This document shows positions 20,495 to 30,775 of a DNA stretch of 64,000 nt, piece after piece; within the stretch, counting starts at the first letter, position 1; every line of letters starts with the position of its first letter. The stretch lies in assembly GCA_963769285.1 (NCBI GenBank), contig CAVYLE010000008.1, positions 9,723 through 73,722 on the forward strand. The letters run 5' to 3'. Origin of the DNA: an uncultured Verrucomicrobiae bacterium (GTDB lineage: Bacteria > Verrucomicrobiota > Verrucomicrobiia > Limisphaerales > UBA11358). Both the position numbers and the translations under genes were made by a program. The notes below the pieces were generated by a model that was not told the origin of the DNA, did not search any database, and saw only the letters and a program-made list of their open reading frames with translations.

Positions 20495-21784
20495 ATGAGC
20501 GAGAGGCGCGAATTGATGATGGAAGGAAGTATAGTTCCGCGGGTGGCGGTGGCGCAGATTGGGTCACGCAAGGACTATCAGGTCCCTGTTGCTCTTGCGA
20601 TGAAGGGTATGCTGCACCGCTTCCATACAGATTTCTACATTCATGGTGCCTGGCGCGCATTTGTGCGCGCAGAAGCCTGCGTGTGGAACTTGAAGGCGCT
20701 GAGGCGTGCTGCCGGGCGGCAACACCCTGAAATTCCACCGCAAAAAGTCGTGACATATCCATCGTATGCACTGGCTTATTGGTGGAGCCTTCGCCAGGCC
20801 AAATCACCCGGAGCTTGCAGCGTCGCTTATATGGTCGGAGGCCGCCGCTTTTGCCAGCATGTCGTCCGGCATGGTCTCGGCACGTGCAACGCAGTATATG
20901 CCTTTTCCTCCGCTGCAAAAGAGTTGTTCGAGGATGCGAAATTGAAAGGCAAAGTGTGCATTCTTGACCACGAGACGGCTCCATGGCTTTTCGAACAGAA
21001 TCTTGTGCTCGAGCAGGAGCGCCGATATCCGAAGTGGACAACGCCACGCGATTTCGATGAGTCGTTTGCTCTCTATGCCGAAAGGCAAAGGCAGGAGTGT
21101 GCGCTGGCCGATGTCATCATCTGTCCCTCAACCTTTGCCCAAAGGGCAGTCATCGCTGCAGGGGCCAGTCCCGAGAAGACAATGGTGCTGCCGATGGGCG
21201 CATCGAGCCGCTTTCAAACAGATGTCGCGGATAAGAAGTATCGAGGGTCTTTGAAAATTCTCTTTGTGGGAAACGATTGGGTTCGAAAAGGCCTCGCTGA
21301 CCTTGTTGCAGCCGTGCGCACTCTTCCCCCAGGGACTGTTACGGCGAGAGCCGTCGGTGATTTCCACATGTCGGACGCTCCAGCGGATGACATCGGACAA
21401 ACGGTCAAGTTGCTCGGGTCCGTTCCCCGCCTGGAGGTGCCGGCACAATTCCAGTGGGCCGATGTCTTTGTGTTGCCGACCGTCAGTGACACTTTTGGCC
21501 TGGTGATTCTTGAGGCAATGGCGGCGGGTGTTCCCGTTATTACGACGACGAACAGCGCTGGGCCGGACATCATCCGTGAAGGCGTGGATGGCTTTGTGGT
21601 GCCGATTCACAGCCCTGAGACCATCGCAGCCAGGCTGAACACATTGTCAGCCAGGCCGGACTTGTTGAGAGCGATGTCACAGAACGCCAGGCAGCGGGCA
21701 GCTGAGTTCTCAACGGAACGTTACGCCACGGACTTGACGTTGGCCGTCCAACGATCCATTCAAAGGAACGACCGGCCCCTTTGA
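20495..21784 (+). CDS. glycosyltransferase family 4
   Basis: LKILFVGNDWVRKG..VFVLPTVSDTFGLVILEAMAAGVPVITTTNSAGPDIIREGVDGFVVP. Confidence 0.85.
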   Translation: MSERRELMMEGSIVPRVAVAQIGSRKDYQVPVALAMKGMLHRFHTDFYIHGAWRAFVRAEACVWNLKALRRAAGRQHPEIPPQKVVTYPSYALAYWWSLRQAKSPGACSVAYMVGGRRFCQHVVRHGLGTCNAVYAFSSAAKELFEDAKLKGKVCILDHETAPWLFEQNLVLEQERRYPKWTTPRDFDESFALYAERQRQECALADVIICPSTFAQRAVIAAGASPEKTMVLPMGASSRFQTDVADKKYRGSLKILFVGNDWVRKGLADLVAAVRTLPPGTVTARAVGDFHMSDAPADDIGQTVKLLGSVPRLEVPAQFQWADVFVLPTVSDTFGLVILEAMAAGVPVITTTNSAGPDIIREGVDGFVVPIHSPETIAARLNTLSARPDLLRAMSQNARQRAAEFSTERYATDLTLAVQRSIQRNDRPL

Positions 21785-21796
21785 CAGCGCGTATGA

Positions 21797-21943
21797 ACCG
21801 AGTGTAAACCGAGTTGCTTGGGTTGCCGAATCAATGTCAAGGTTGGCAATCATGCCCTGCTAGCTGCCGGCTCTATTGTTACGAAAGACCTTGTACCGTA
21901 TAGGATTTACCAAGGTAATACGGCCGCGCCAATCAAGAAGTGA
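21797..21943 (+). pseudogene. relic 3' fragment of a hexapeptide acetyltransferase gene
   Basis: Short frame with no start codon. It translates ..GCRINVKVGNHALLAAGSIVTKDLVPYRIYQGNTAAPIKK*, a typical C-terminus of LbH sugar O-acetyltransferases. Confidence 0.45.
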
Positions 21944-21973
21944 ATCATAAATGCGCAAGGCTGAAAACGAGAA

Positions 21974-23152
21974 TTGGGAAAGCGGGAATCGTTTTATGGC
22001 TCCAATTTTTGTATTGAGTTGAAACATCGTCTTGCACATCTGGATCTGCTTCGTGGCGTGGCGGCGTTGCTGGTATGCGCCGGACATCTGCGGGCTTTTT
22101 TGATGGTAGATTTTGGTGAGACCAAATTGCACGGGCTGGGCGAATGCATCTTTTATTTCTCCACCGGACTTGGGCATCAAGCGGTAATCATTTTCTTTGT
22201 GTTGAGTGGCTACTTTGTGGGCGGCAGCGTGGCAGGCGCATATCAAATGGGCAAATGGTCATGGCTTCAGTATGCAATTCGACGGCTCAGCAGGCTTTGG
22301 ATTGTTCTTCTTCCTGCGTTAATATTGACTTTGATTTGGGATATGGTGGGACGAAATCTGGCCGGGGCGGGGTATAATGGCGCTTTTTATGAATTGTATT
22401 CGTCCGGCCCATCCGTCCAAGCTCCTGTGGATTTGCAACCGGTAACATTCTTTGGCAACGCTTTGTTTTTACAGACGATCCTCGTGCCTCATTTTGGCAC
22501 CAATGGTCCACTTTGGAGTTTGGCCAACGAGTTTTGGTATTACCTGCTGTTCCCTCTCTTTTGGGGCGTATTCAAGAGCGGGAGGCTTTTGCGCAGTATC
22601 ATCTCCGCCTCGTTGGCTGTTACCATCATTATTTGGCTGCCTCACGGAATTTTATGGGGCGGCGTGATATGGCTGTTTGGCTATGGCGCTTATTTGGCCG
22701 GGCAATACACGGTTTCGCGGCGCATTTGTGGCCATCCTTTCTGGCTTGTTTTAACAGGAGCGTTGGCGGCTGCATCGCTCGTTGCGAGTAAAAGCACTTC
22801 GCCACTCGGTTCAAATTTGGCAATTGGCGGCGCGTTTGCATTATTTGTCGCTGGTTTGGCCACTCGCAATTCCGCGCCTCATGCCTATGCAAGTCTGGCA
22901 GCGGGAATGGGAGAAACTTCTTACAGCCTTTATCTCACCCATTTTCCATTTCTGGCGTTCATATTTTTCACCTTGTTCAAGGGCGAACAATTTCAACCAG
23001 ACCTTGGGGGTTTTATGCGATTCTTTGGGGTTTTGTTGATCGTGCTGGTTTATGTGATGGTCGTTTGGTGGTGCTTTGAGAGAAACACGGATCGTATCCG
23101 AAAGCGACTCGAAACGATTTTATGTCTGCGTTCCCAAAGTTCGGTTTCTTGA
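21974..23152 (+). CDS. membrane acyltransferase family 3 (O-acetyltransferase, OafA-like)
   Basis: HRLAHLDLLRGVAALLVCAGHL.. followed by about 10 TM segments. Start uncertain: TTG 21974 or a downstream TTG before KHRLAHLD. Confidence 0.85.
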   Translation: MGKRESFYGSNFCIELKHRLAHLDLLRGVAALLVCAGHLRAFLMVDFGETKLHGLGECIFYFSTGLGHQAVIIFFVLSGYFVGGSVAGAYQMGKWSWLQYAIRRLSRLWIVLLPALILTLIWDMVGRNLAGAGYNGAFYELYSSGPSVQAPVDLQPVTFFGNALFLQTILVPHFGTNGPLWSLANEFWYYLLFPLFWGVFKSGRLLRSIISASLAVTIIIWLPHGILWGGVIWLFGYGAYLAGQYTVSRRICGHPFWLVLTGALAAASLVASKSTSPLGSNLAIGGAFALFVAGLATRNSAPHAYASLAAGMGETSYSLYLTHFPFLAFIFFTLFKGEQFQPDLGGFMRFFGVLLIVLVYVMVVWWCFERNTDRIRKRLETILCLRSQSSVS

Positions 23153-23403
23153 TTATTCTGTCCGCTTCAATGAAAGGCCTTCTTTGGTTCAAGATTGTCT
23201 TCGGGTTGGTGGCTTATGTGCTGCCTCCCAAACAGCACCCCGTTTTCTGCCTGATCTCATCCTTTGGTGCGGTATTCCTTGTGAGTTGGCTGAGCCTGGT
23301 CTGCTTTGAAACACGCTTTCTCACACTCAAACTTTTCTTCTCTTACGACAAACCTCCGGCCAATGGGCAAGTCAAGGGCGAGACAGCCGTTTCTGGCAGA
23401 TGA
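23122..23403 (+). CDS. possible small membrane protein (weak call)
   Basis: 93-aa ORF with two hydrophobic segments. It bridges the two neighbouring genes with overlaps. No family recognised. Confidence 0.25.
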   Translation: MSAFPKFGFLIILSASMKGLLWFKIVFGLVAYVLPPKQHPVFCLISSFGAVFLVSWLSLVCFETRFLTLKLFFSYDKPPANGQVKGETAVSGR

Positions 23404-24599
23404 CACCTATCTCAACAGGTGCGGTTTCACCTCGACTCGCGGCGGTCGAGGACGTGAAAAGAATTGCCTGGGTTGTCCATTCTCCGACACCGTACAAAGC
23501 ACCGTTCTTCAGGATGCTGACGGCGCAACCGGCGGTGGATGTGCATTACTTCTTCCTCTACTGGGATGATCCACAACGAGCCTGGAACCAGGAGACAATG
23601 CCGGGAGTCAAATACAAGGTGCTGCCCGGGACTTCGTTCCGGAAACGGCCCGGAGATAGTGAACTTGTTCATTTCGGCCCGGCGGTCGTCGGAGAATTGC
23701 GAAAAGGACATTTTGACCTGGTTGTAATATGCGGCTACAGCCATCCAACACTCTTGTTCGCGTTGTTCTATTGCCTGGTCACCGGCACGCCGTTCGTTTT
23801 GCAGGGAGAGAGCCACGTCGTGCAGCAGCGGCATCCGCTGAAGAAGGCCCTGAAGCGCGGTCTGCTTTTTCCGCTGCTGCGTCGTGCCAGGGCGGCGTTC
23901 GCCACCGGCAGGAAGGCGGCGGATTATTGGGTTGACGTCGGAATTCCCCGGGAGCGGGTGTTTACCCTTTCGAACACGCCGGACATGGATTTCTTCCTTA
24001 AGGAATCGGCGTTGGGAACAGGCCGGCGCGAAGCAATCAGAAAATCCCTGGGACTGTCGAGCCGTCGCGCCGGCATCTTCGTGGGGCGTTTTGTGGAGGT
24101 AAAAGGTGTGGAGATTGTCCTCGAAGCGATGGCGGGCCTTCCTTCCGACAAACAGCCGCAACTGCTGCTGGTGGGTGACGGGCCGCTGAAGTCCAGCTAC
24201 GAGAAAATCATTCAACGCCACAATCTGCCGGTGCGGTTTATTGGTTTCCAGCAGAAGAACCAGCTTCCGGAACTGTACGCGGCTGCGGATTTCTTCATCC
24301 TGCCGTCATTAAGTGAGCCTTGGGGCGTGGTGGTCAACGAGGCGATGGCTTGCGGGCTTCCCCTCCTGCTCTCGGACCAGGTGGGCGCGGCTTACGATTT
24401 ATTGGAGGAGGGACGCAACGGCTTCATGGTGCCAGCCGGAGACGCCGCCGCATGGCGCAAAGCGCTGGCCGCGATGATGGAACTCACTGACGCGGAGTTG
24501 AATCGCATGGGCGCCGCCTCTCGCGAAATGGTGCGCCCGTGGAACCACGAGGCGAACGTCAGGAACGTGCTGGAGTGTGTAAACCAAGTCTTCATGTGA
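23400..24599 (+). CDS. glycosyltransferase family 4
   Basis: FFILPSLSEPWGVVVNEAMACGLPLLLSDQVGAAYDLLEEGRNGFMVP. Confidence 0.85.
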   Translation: MTPISTGAVSPRLAAVEDVKRIAWVVHSPTPYKAPFFRMLTAQPAVDVHYFFLYWDDPQRAWNQETMPGVKYKVLPGTSFRKRPGDSELVHFGPAVVGELRKGHFDLVVICGYSHPTLLFALFYCLVTGTPFVLQGESHVVQQRHPLKKALKRGLLFPLLRRARAAFATGRKAADYWVDVGIPRERVFTLSNTPDMDFFLKESALGTGRREAIRKSLGLSSRRAGIFVGRFVEVKGVEIVLEAMAGLPSDKQPQLLLVGDGPLKSSYEKIIQRHNLPVRFIGFQQKNQLPELYAAADFFILPSLSEPWGVVVNEAMACGLPLLLSDQVGAAYDLLEEGRNGFMVPAGDAAAWRKALAAMMELTDAELNRMGAASREMVRPWNHEANVRNVLECVNQVFM

Positions 24600-26056
24600 A
24601 CTACATCCTCGGCATCTTATTTCTCGTCGGCGCTGGCGCCTGGGGCTACCGGCGTCATCGCCACGAACGCGATTGGATCAAGCCAGTCCTCGTGTGTCTG
24701 CTCTGCACCTGGTGGCTTGCTTCGGTAATGTGTCCATTCTTTAAGGACATTCGGAACCCGGTTTACCTGGCGCTGGCGGTCTTGTCGTTTGCGTGGAGTC
24801 GAAGTGACCGGTCGCCGAATCAGGCGCTTCTCTTCCATCCGGCTCTGCTCTCCTTTCTCGCGTTGATAGTAGTCTCCACGTTATGGGCGGTTAACCAAAA
24901 GGACGTTGCGCTGCGAGCCTTCGGGTTGTTGCTGGCGTTCGTGTTTATTTGGAATCTGCTGCGCACGACGGATTTGACCCGCATCGCAGCCTGGCTGGCG
25001 GATGGGCTTCTTTATGCCAGCTATGCGACAATCGTGCTCATCGCCGTGGGCAGGAGCACGTCCGAACCCGTAGCAGTCGGGGATAGGTTTAATTTGTCGG
25101 ATGATCTACAGGCTACCGGCACGGCCGCGCTGTGTCTGTGGGCCTTGGTGCGATTATTTGCCGAGGGTATGAGTCAGAAGGGAAAACGGCGGATACTCCA
25201 CTTTATCCTGGCGGCTGTGACTCTCGCGGCCATGATACGTACGGGCACGCGAGGAACGTTGATCCAACTGGCAATCGTGTTGCCCTTGCTGGCCTCGATA
25301 CGTCTCCCCATGAAAAACGTGGCGAGCCTGGCCATGCGTTACCTGTTGCTTGCCATCGTAATGTTGGCTGCTGGGGTGGCGATATGGACCCCGCTTGGCG
25401 AGGAGAGTAAATCTTCATACATGGCATCGTTCCGCATTGACAAGAATGAAGGGGTTCTGGACACCAGAAGTATTGTCTGGATGCCGGCGATGGAAAAAGC
25501 GAAAGAGAGACCTTGGTTGGGACGGGGGTTTGGATCGAGTTCATTCTTTGGGCTTACGGATGAAGAATACAAAGAGTTTGACTCCAGGACTATGGCATTG
25601 CGGACAACCGTTCACAGTCAATATCTGGAGGTATTCTACGAATTTGGTGTTCTGGGTTTTCTGGTGTTCGTCTGGTTGCTGGTCGCTCTGCTCCAGAATG
25701 TTACTCGCATCTATTCCTATAGCGGGCCACAAGCATGGGTGTGGCGCATCCTGGCCATCTACGTGATCGTTGGCGTGGTCGAAGGCATGACACACGGAGG
25801 ACAAATCACCACGGGTGAGTTGAACCTGCTTCAGAGGTGGATTATCTGTTGCTGTGTGCTCGCCTTCCCTCTGGTCTTGTCTGCATCGAAGCACCGGTTC
25901 GCCGGGCCGCGCCTTGCAGGTCGAATGAGAGCAAGCCGAGGAAAACAGGTCCGGATCCTACAACCGGCGCAACCAGCGCTGGCAAAGGTAAAAGCGTCCG
26001 CGCGGGCAGGACGGATGTGGTCCAAGCCCTCCCCATTTCAGCGCATGCGCCTTTAG
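24596..26056 (+). CDS. O-antigen polymerase/ligase family (Wzy-like) membrane protein
   Basis: Multi-TM protein with the Wzy_C-like loop IRTGTRGTLIQLAIVLPLL. GTG 24596 overlaps the upstream stop (GTGA). The track ORF starts at GTG 24539. Confidence 0.75.
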   Translation: MNYILGILFLVGAGAWGYRRHRHERDWIKPVLVCLLCTWWLASVMCPFFKDIRNPVYLALAVLSFAWSRSDRSPNQALLFHPALLSFLALIVVSTLWAVNQKDVALRAFGLLLAFVFIWNLLRTTDLTRIAAWLADGLLYASYATIVLIAVGRSTSEPVAVGDRFNLSDDLQATGTAALCLWALVRLFAEGMSQKGKRRILHFILAAVTLAAMIRTGTRGTLIQLAIVLPLLASIRLPMKNVASLAMRYLLLAIVMLAAGVAIWTPLGEESKSSYMASFRIDKNEGVLDTRSIVWMPAMEKAKERPWLGRGFGSSSFFGLTDEEYKEFDSRTMALRTTVHSQYLEVFYEFGVLGFLVFVWLLVALLQNVTRIYSYSGPQAWVWRILAIYVIVGVVEGMTHGGQITTGELNLLQRWIICCCVLAFPLVLSASKHRFAGPRLAGRMRASRGKQVRILQPAQPALAKVKASARAGRMWSKPSPFQRMRL

Positions 26057-26086
26057 TCCGGATTTTTCACACACTGCTCCAGTTAG

Positions 26087-26247
26087 CAGCCTGTTAAAGA
26101 AGCAGGAGACGACGTAAGGAGTCTCTAACTTGGCCTTCAAAAACCAAGAGAATCTGAGACTCGTCACCGGTCTTCGCGCCAAATGCTACGACCCGGCAGG
26201 CCTCGTTTCCTACAAAGGAAGAGATTTTAAACGGACTGTTAACTGTT
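26087..26247. repeat. TIR-bounded structured element (family copy C), directly 3' of the Wzy-like gene
   Basis: cagcctgttaaagaagcaggagacgacgtaaggagtctc...gagactc...ttttaaacggactgttaac. Related to 35035-35152 and 50608-50724. Confidence 0.6.
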
Positions 26248-26408
26248 TTTTGGGTTCGGAAAGCAAATAGATCAGCTAGGCCGAATCAGATTGTGCTCCA
26301 CAACCGCCGTCACTTTTGCTATAAAGCGACAGACTGGCGGCAAGCCGGTGTCAGATTGACTTGTCAGCGGTGAATCGCGAAGCAAACGATACAAGCGAAT
26401 ATCAGAGA

Positions 26409-27092
26409 ATGGACAACCTCATAAAGAAACCGATCAAGCCGCAGGCCTCAAGCAGACGGTTTGTCCTGTGGGCAGCGCTGGCACTGGTGCTGGCCGGGCT
26501 GGGCAGTGTCAAGGCCGACACGATCTCTTACTACGCGACCGCCGGTGCTGGCGACCTCGAACTCCTGGTGCCGCAGTTTGATCCGGCACTGGGCCAGCTC
26601 ACGGACGTCAGCATCCAGTTTAGCATCAGCGTGGGCAACCAGTTTCTTGTGTACAACAACACGTCAGACGATACCCCGTTCACCATTTCCGCTTCAGCCA
26701 TAGGGAGCATGAGCGCGGGCATTTTAGGCGCCTCCGGGGAGCAGACGCAAAACTTCGACGGGTTTGCAGCCGCCAACGTTTATACGGTGGTGAATGGCGG
26801 CATCACTGTTTCGGGCAGTGCCGACACCTCGCTGGCCGCAGACCTGGCCACCTTCACGGGTACTGACATGGTGTATGGCGGAGGCGGGGGCAGCCGCGGC
26901 ACGGTTTCCATAGTTCCTTCAAGCCTGGATATCAATGTAATATATTCTGGTTTTGGGGGGGGCTACGGGGTAATGACATATACCTACAATCCAGTGCCGG
27001 AACCGCGCGCCCTGACACTGCTGGTCGGAGGTTTGCCGCTGCTGAGTCTGCGCTGCAAGCGAGAATCGCACCCCTTTTCGCCGACTACGTAG
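26409..27092 (+). CDS. PEP-CTERM sorting-domain protein (class 2 tail)
   Basis: ATG 26409 inside ORF 26361..27092. Signal peptide ..FVLWAALALVLAGLGSVKA. C-terminus PVPEPRALTLLVGGLPLLSLRCKR. Confidence 0.8.
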   Translation: MDNLIKKPIKPQASSRRFVLWAALALVLAGLGSVKADTISYYATAGAGDLELLVPQFDPALGQLTDVSIQFSISVGNQFLVYNNTSDDTPFTISASAIGSMSAGILGASGEQTQNFDGFAAANVYTVVNGGITVSGSADTSLAADLATFTGTDMVYGGGGGSRGTVSIVPSSLDINVIYSGFGGGYGVMTYTYNPVPEPRALTLLVGGLPLLSLRCKRESHPFSPTT

Positions 27093-27193
27093 TCCGGCAA
27101 AATCCCCGTGAACGCCGAAGCAGAAAACCGCTCATAAGAAGCCGTGCCGGCGATGTGGTCGGGATGCATCAAGACGCCACTACCATTCAAATA

Positions 27194-28423
27194 ATGAAGG
27201 CAAAGCCGATTATCCTGCTGCCGGTAAGATACTTTCTTCCAGCCTTCAAAGCCGGCGGGCCGGTTCGCACCCTGAAAGCGATGGCGGAACATTTAAGTGC
27301 GAGGTACGAGTTCAAGATCCTGGCCCTGGACCGTGATCTGGGCGAGCGTTCCCCTTTTCCTTCGATCCGGAAGAACGAATGGAACCAGGTTGGCCTGGCG
27401 AAGGTCCGTTATTTTCCGCCCGGCCTGATGCTTCCATTCTGTCTGGTAAGGACACTACGAAAGACTGAATTCAACATTCTTTATCTCAATAGTTTTTTTG
27501 ATCCGATGTTTACCCTGGTGCCGCTCCTGGCCCGGCGGTTGGGGTTGCTACCGGGCAAACCGGTCATTGTTGCTCCCCGGGGCGAACTTTCCCCCGGGGC
27601 ATTGGCTCAAAAACGACTGAAGAAGCTCATTTTTTTGAAGATGGCCCCGTTCCTGGGGCTTTACCGGAATGCCATCCTGCACGCCAGCACGGACCTCGAA
27701 AAAGGCGAAATCCAAATGGCATTGGGGTGCCAGCAAGGGGATTTAGCGGGCATGCCGAAGGGACGGGTTGCGCGTGACCTGGCGTCGGTTGACAAACTAC
27801 AGATCCGTGTTGCGCGTGACATGTCTTCCGCCAGGCTTTCTGAGGTTAACTCGCGGAAGACCAAGGCGCCCGGCAAGTTAAATGCCGTTTTCATTTCCCG
27901 AATATCGCCCAAAAAGAACCTTATGGCTGCGATTGAAATGCTGAGCAGAGTCAGGGGGGATGTGTCACTCCACATCTATGGGCCAATCAACGATTCCGGC
28001 TACTGGCAAAAGTGCCAGCCAGCCATCAAGCAGTGTGGCGATTCAGTGCGCGTCGAGTACAAAGGTGCTCTGGCGCACGAGGAGGTGCCGGACACGCTCG
28101 CACGTTACGATGCCTTCGTGTTTCCAACCTTGGGAGAAAACTTCGGCCATGTCATCTTGGAATCCATGCTGGCCGGATGCCCCGTGGTGACGAGCGACCA
28201 GACCCCCTGGCGGGACCTGGCTGCGAAACATGCGGGATGGGACCTGCCGCTCCAGGCGCCGGATCGGTTTGTCGAGGTCCTGCAAGCGCTGGCGGATATG
28301 GGCGAGGAAACGCATCGCCCCTGGCGTGAGGGAGCAAAAGCGCTCGGCATGGCAACCCTGAACGACGAGCGGGTGTTCAGCGACAATGAGAAGCTATTTG
28401 CTGATTTACCCGGCGGTTCATGA
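27194..28423 (+). CDS. glycosyltransferase family 4
   Basis: MKAKPIILLPVRYFLPAFKAGGPVRT..; FVFPTLGENFGHVILESMLAGCPVVTSDQTPWRDL. Confidence 0.8.
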   Translation: MKAKPIILLPVRYFLPAFKAGGPVRTLKAMAEHLSARYEFKILALDRDLGERSPFPSIRKNEWNQVGLAKVRYFPPGLMLPFCLVRTLRKTEFNILYLNSFFDPMFTLVPLLARRLGLLPGKPVIVAPRGELSPGALAQKRLKKLIFLKMAPFLGLYRNAILHASTDLEKGEIQMALGCQQGDLAGMPKGRVARDLASVDKLQIRVARDMSSARLSEVNSRKTKAPGKLNAVFISRISPKKNLMAAIEMLSRVRGDVSLHIYGPINDSGYWQKCQPAIKQCGDSVRVEYKGALAHEEVPDTLARYDAFVFPTLGENFGHVILESMLAGCPVVTSDQTPWRDLAAKHAGWDLPLQAPDRFVEVLQALADMGEETHRPWREGAKALGMATLNDERVFSDNEKLFADLPGGS

Positions 28424-28471
28424 CGCATTGCTCGAAATTCAGCCTGGCACCATAACACAATATAAAATGCT

Positions 28472-29491
28472 ATGTTCAAGGATAAGACACTATTGATTAC
28501 CGGAGGAACCGGCAGTTTCGGAAATGCCGTGCTGCGCCGCTTCCTCAAAACCAACGTTCGTCAGATACGCATTTTTTCGCGGGACGAGAAAAAGCAGGAT
28601 GACATGCGGCACGAGTACAAGAACCCCAAGCTCAAGTTTTACATCGGCGACGTGCGCAATATCGACAGCATCCGGGAAGCGATGGCCGGGGTGGATTTCG
28701 TCTTCCACGCGGCCGCGCTGAAGCAGGTGCCCTCCTGCGAGTTTTATCCCATGGAAGCTGTGCGCACCAATGTCATCGGCGCGGACAATGTCCTGCACGC
28801 GGCCATTGAGGCGAAGGTGAAGCGGCTCGTCATATTGAGCACGGATAAGGCGGCCTATCCCATCAATGCCATGGGAATGTCCAAGGCCTTGATGGAAAAA
28901 ATCATGGTGGCCCGGTCCCGGCTTGCGGCCGAAGCGGGGCTGATCTTTTGTGGCACCCGGTACGGGAATGTGATGGCCTCGCGCGGTTCGGTCATACCGC
29001 TCTTCATCCAGCAGATTGAGGCGGGCGTGCCACTGACGGTGACAGACCCCAACATGACCCGGTTTATGATGTCATTGGATGATGCAGTGGGGTTGGTAAT
29101 ATTTGCATTCAAAAACGCCCGGCCCGGTGACCTCTTTGTTCAGAAGGCCCCGGCCGCAACTCTCGCCACCCTGGCCGAAGCCCTGAAACGTCTGCTCAAG
29201 GCGGAGAATCCGGTCAAGGCCATCGGCACCCGCCACGGCGAGAAGTCGCATGAAACTTTGCTGACCCGGGAAGAAAAGGCCCGGGCCCAGGATCTGGGCG
29301 ACTACTTCCGCGTCTCCTCCGACAACCGGGATCTTAATTACAACCTTTATTTCACCGAGGGCCAGCCCGGCGTGGAGAAGCTGGAGGACTACAATTCATC
29401 AAACACGCGCCAGCTCGAGGTAACGGGCATGATGGAATTGTTGCTCAAACTCCCGGAACTGCGCGAGGCGATGGCACGAAGGGGAATTTAA
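28472..29491 (+). CDS. fnlA: UDP-GlcNAc 4,6-dehydratase/5-epimerase (CapE/FnlA/WbjB type)
   Basis: MFKDKTLLITGGTGSFGNAVLRRFL..IRIFSRDEKKQDDMRHEYKNPKLKFYIGDVR..GTRYGNVMASRGSVIPLF. Near-collinear with S. aureus CapE as I recall it. Confidence 0.9.
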   Translation: MFKDKTLLITGGTGSFGNAVLRRFLKTNVRQIRIFSRDEKKQDDMRHEYKNPKLKFYIGDVRNIDSIREAMAGVDFVFHAAALKQVPSCEFYPMEAVRTNVIGADNVLHAAIEAKVKRLVILSTDKAAYPINAMGMSKALMEKIMVARSRLAAEAGLIFCGTRYGNVMASRGSVIPLFIQQIEAGVPLTVTDPNMTRFMMSLDDAVGLVIFAFKNARPGDLFVQKAPAATLATLAEALKRLLKAENPVKAIGTRHGEKSHETLLTREEKARAQDLGDYFRVSSDNRDLNYNLYFTEGQPGVEKLEDYNSSNTRQLEVTGMMELLLKLPELREAMARRGI

Positions 29492-29494
29492 GAC

Positions 29495-29607
29495 AAAGCA
29501 GAAAGCAGAAACTGCAAAAGTAGAAAGCTGAAAGCTGAAATGAATTTCTATTTTCTGCTTTCCCAATTTCTGTTTTGATTTAGCTGCTTTCCCAATTTCA
29601 GCTTTAC
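29495..29607. repeat. GAAAGCAGAAA repeat, imperfect long hairpin between fnlA and fnlB
   Basis: Purine arm aaagcagaaagcagaaactgcaaaagtagaaagctgaaagctgaaa, then pyrimidine arm tttctattttctgctttcccaatttctgttttgatttagctgctttcccaatttcagcttt. Confidence 0.8.
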
Positions 29608-29610
29608 AAC

Positions 29611-30747
29611 ATGATTGTTCTGGTAACAGGCAGCGCCGGTTTTGTAGGCAAACACCTGATGGAAGCCCTTGGCCGCCGTCCAGGCGTTCAGGCCATCGGC
29701 TACGACCTCGGCAGCATTCCCGCCGTGCTGGAAGAGGGGTTGGCGAGGGCGGATGTGGTCTTTCATCTGGCGGGGGTCAACCGTCCTCAAAACCCCGATG
29801 AGTTTCGCACCGGCAACGCCGGCGTTACAGAGGCCCTTTGCTCCCGACTCCAAGCTCTTGGCCGCAAGCCCCTGGTCGTGTTTGCGTCCTCCATCCAGGC
29901 CGCGCTCAACAATCCCTACGGGTTGAGCAAACGGCAGGCGGAGGACGCCCTGGCGCAATGGGCGAAGAGCACAGGGGCAAGCGTGGTGATCTTCCGCCTG
30001 CGGAATGTCTTTGGCAAATGGTGCCGGCCCAACTACAATTCCGTCACCGCGACCTTCTGCCACAATATCGCGCATGATATGCCGATTGAAATTTCCGATC
30101 CCAATCGCGAGCTGGAGTTGGTCTATATTGACGACGTGGTGGCTGGTTTCCTGGCCGTGCTCGATCAGCCTCCCAGGGCTGGCGCCTGCGAGAATCGCGA
30201 AATTCCGAAATTTCACAAAACCAGCCTCGGCACGCTGGCGGCGCAAATCCAATCGTTCCGCGAATCGCGGAAATCATTGTTGCTTCCCGCCTTTGATGAT
30301 GAACTTACCAGGCGTCTTTATGCCACGTACCTGAGCTATCTGGACGGCCCCGACTTTGCCTATCACCTGGATCAGAAGACCGATCCGCGCGGCAGCCTGG
30401 CGGAGTTTGTCAAATCTCCGGGCGCCGGTCAGATTTTCGTTTCCCGCACCTTTCCCGGCATCACCCGGGGCAACCACTATCATCACACCAAAACGGAAAA
30501 GTTTCTGGTGGTCGAGGGGGAGGCCGTCATCCGCCTTCGCCAAATCAACCGCGCGGAGGTGATCGAGCACCGCGTTTCCGGGCGGGAGTTCAAGGTGGTG
30601 GACATTCCGCCCGGCTACACCCATTCCATCGAGAATATTGGCGGTACTGAGATGGTGGTGCTATTCTGGGCCAGTGAAATCTTTGACCCGGCAACACCGG
30701 ACACCTGTTTCAAAGAAGTCTTGAACTTGAAGAATAAAGTCGAATGA
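29611..30747 (+). CDS. fnlB: CapF/FnlB/WbjC-type bifunctional reductase (SDR plus cupin)
   Basis: VTGSAGFVGKHL..NLFGKWCRPNYNSV-like segment (NVFGKWCRPNYNSVTATFCHNIA). C-terminal cupin GITRGNHYHHTKTEKFLVVEGEAVIR..MFDP-like ending. Confidence 0.85.
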   Translation: MIVLVTGSAGFVGKHLMEALGRRPGVQAIGYDLGSIPAVLEEGLARADVVFHLAGVNRPQNPDEFRTGNAGVTEALCSRLQALGRKPLVVFASSIQAALNNPYGLSKRQAEDALAQWAKSTGASVVIFRLRNVFGKWCRPNYNSVTATFCHNIAHDMPIEISDPNRELELVYIDDVVAGFLAVLDQPPRAGACENREIPKFHKTSLGTLAAQIQSFRESRKSLLLPAFDDELTRRLYATYLSYLDGPDFAYHLDQKTDPRGSLAEFVKSPGAGQIFVSRTFPGITRGNHYHHTKTEKFLVVEGEAVIRLRQINRAEVIEHRVSGREFKVVDIPPGYTHSIENIGGTEMVVLFWASEIFDPATPDTCFKEVLNLKNKVE

Positions 30748-30775
30748 CCTGGGTTTCCAGGCAAACTTTAACCAT

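Noticed and set aside
26250-26290. Possible sixth copy of the box upstream of the EPS-locus PEP-CTERM gene (ttttttgggttcggaaagcaaatagatcagctaggcc)
   Set aside because: Only the TTTTGGG start matches. The internal TCTTT/CAC is absent and the GGG-to-GG spacing is about 27 nt rather than 21.
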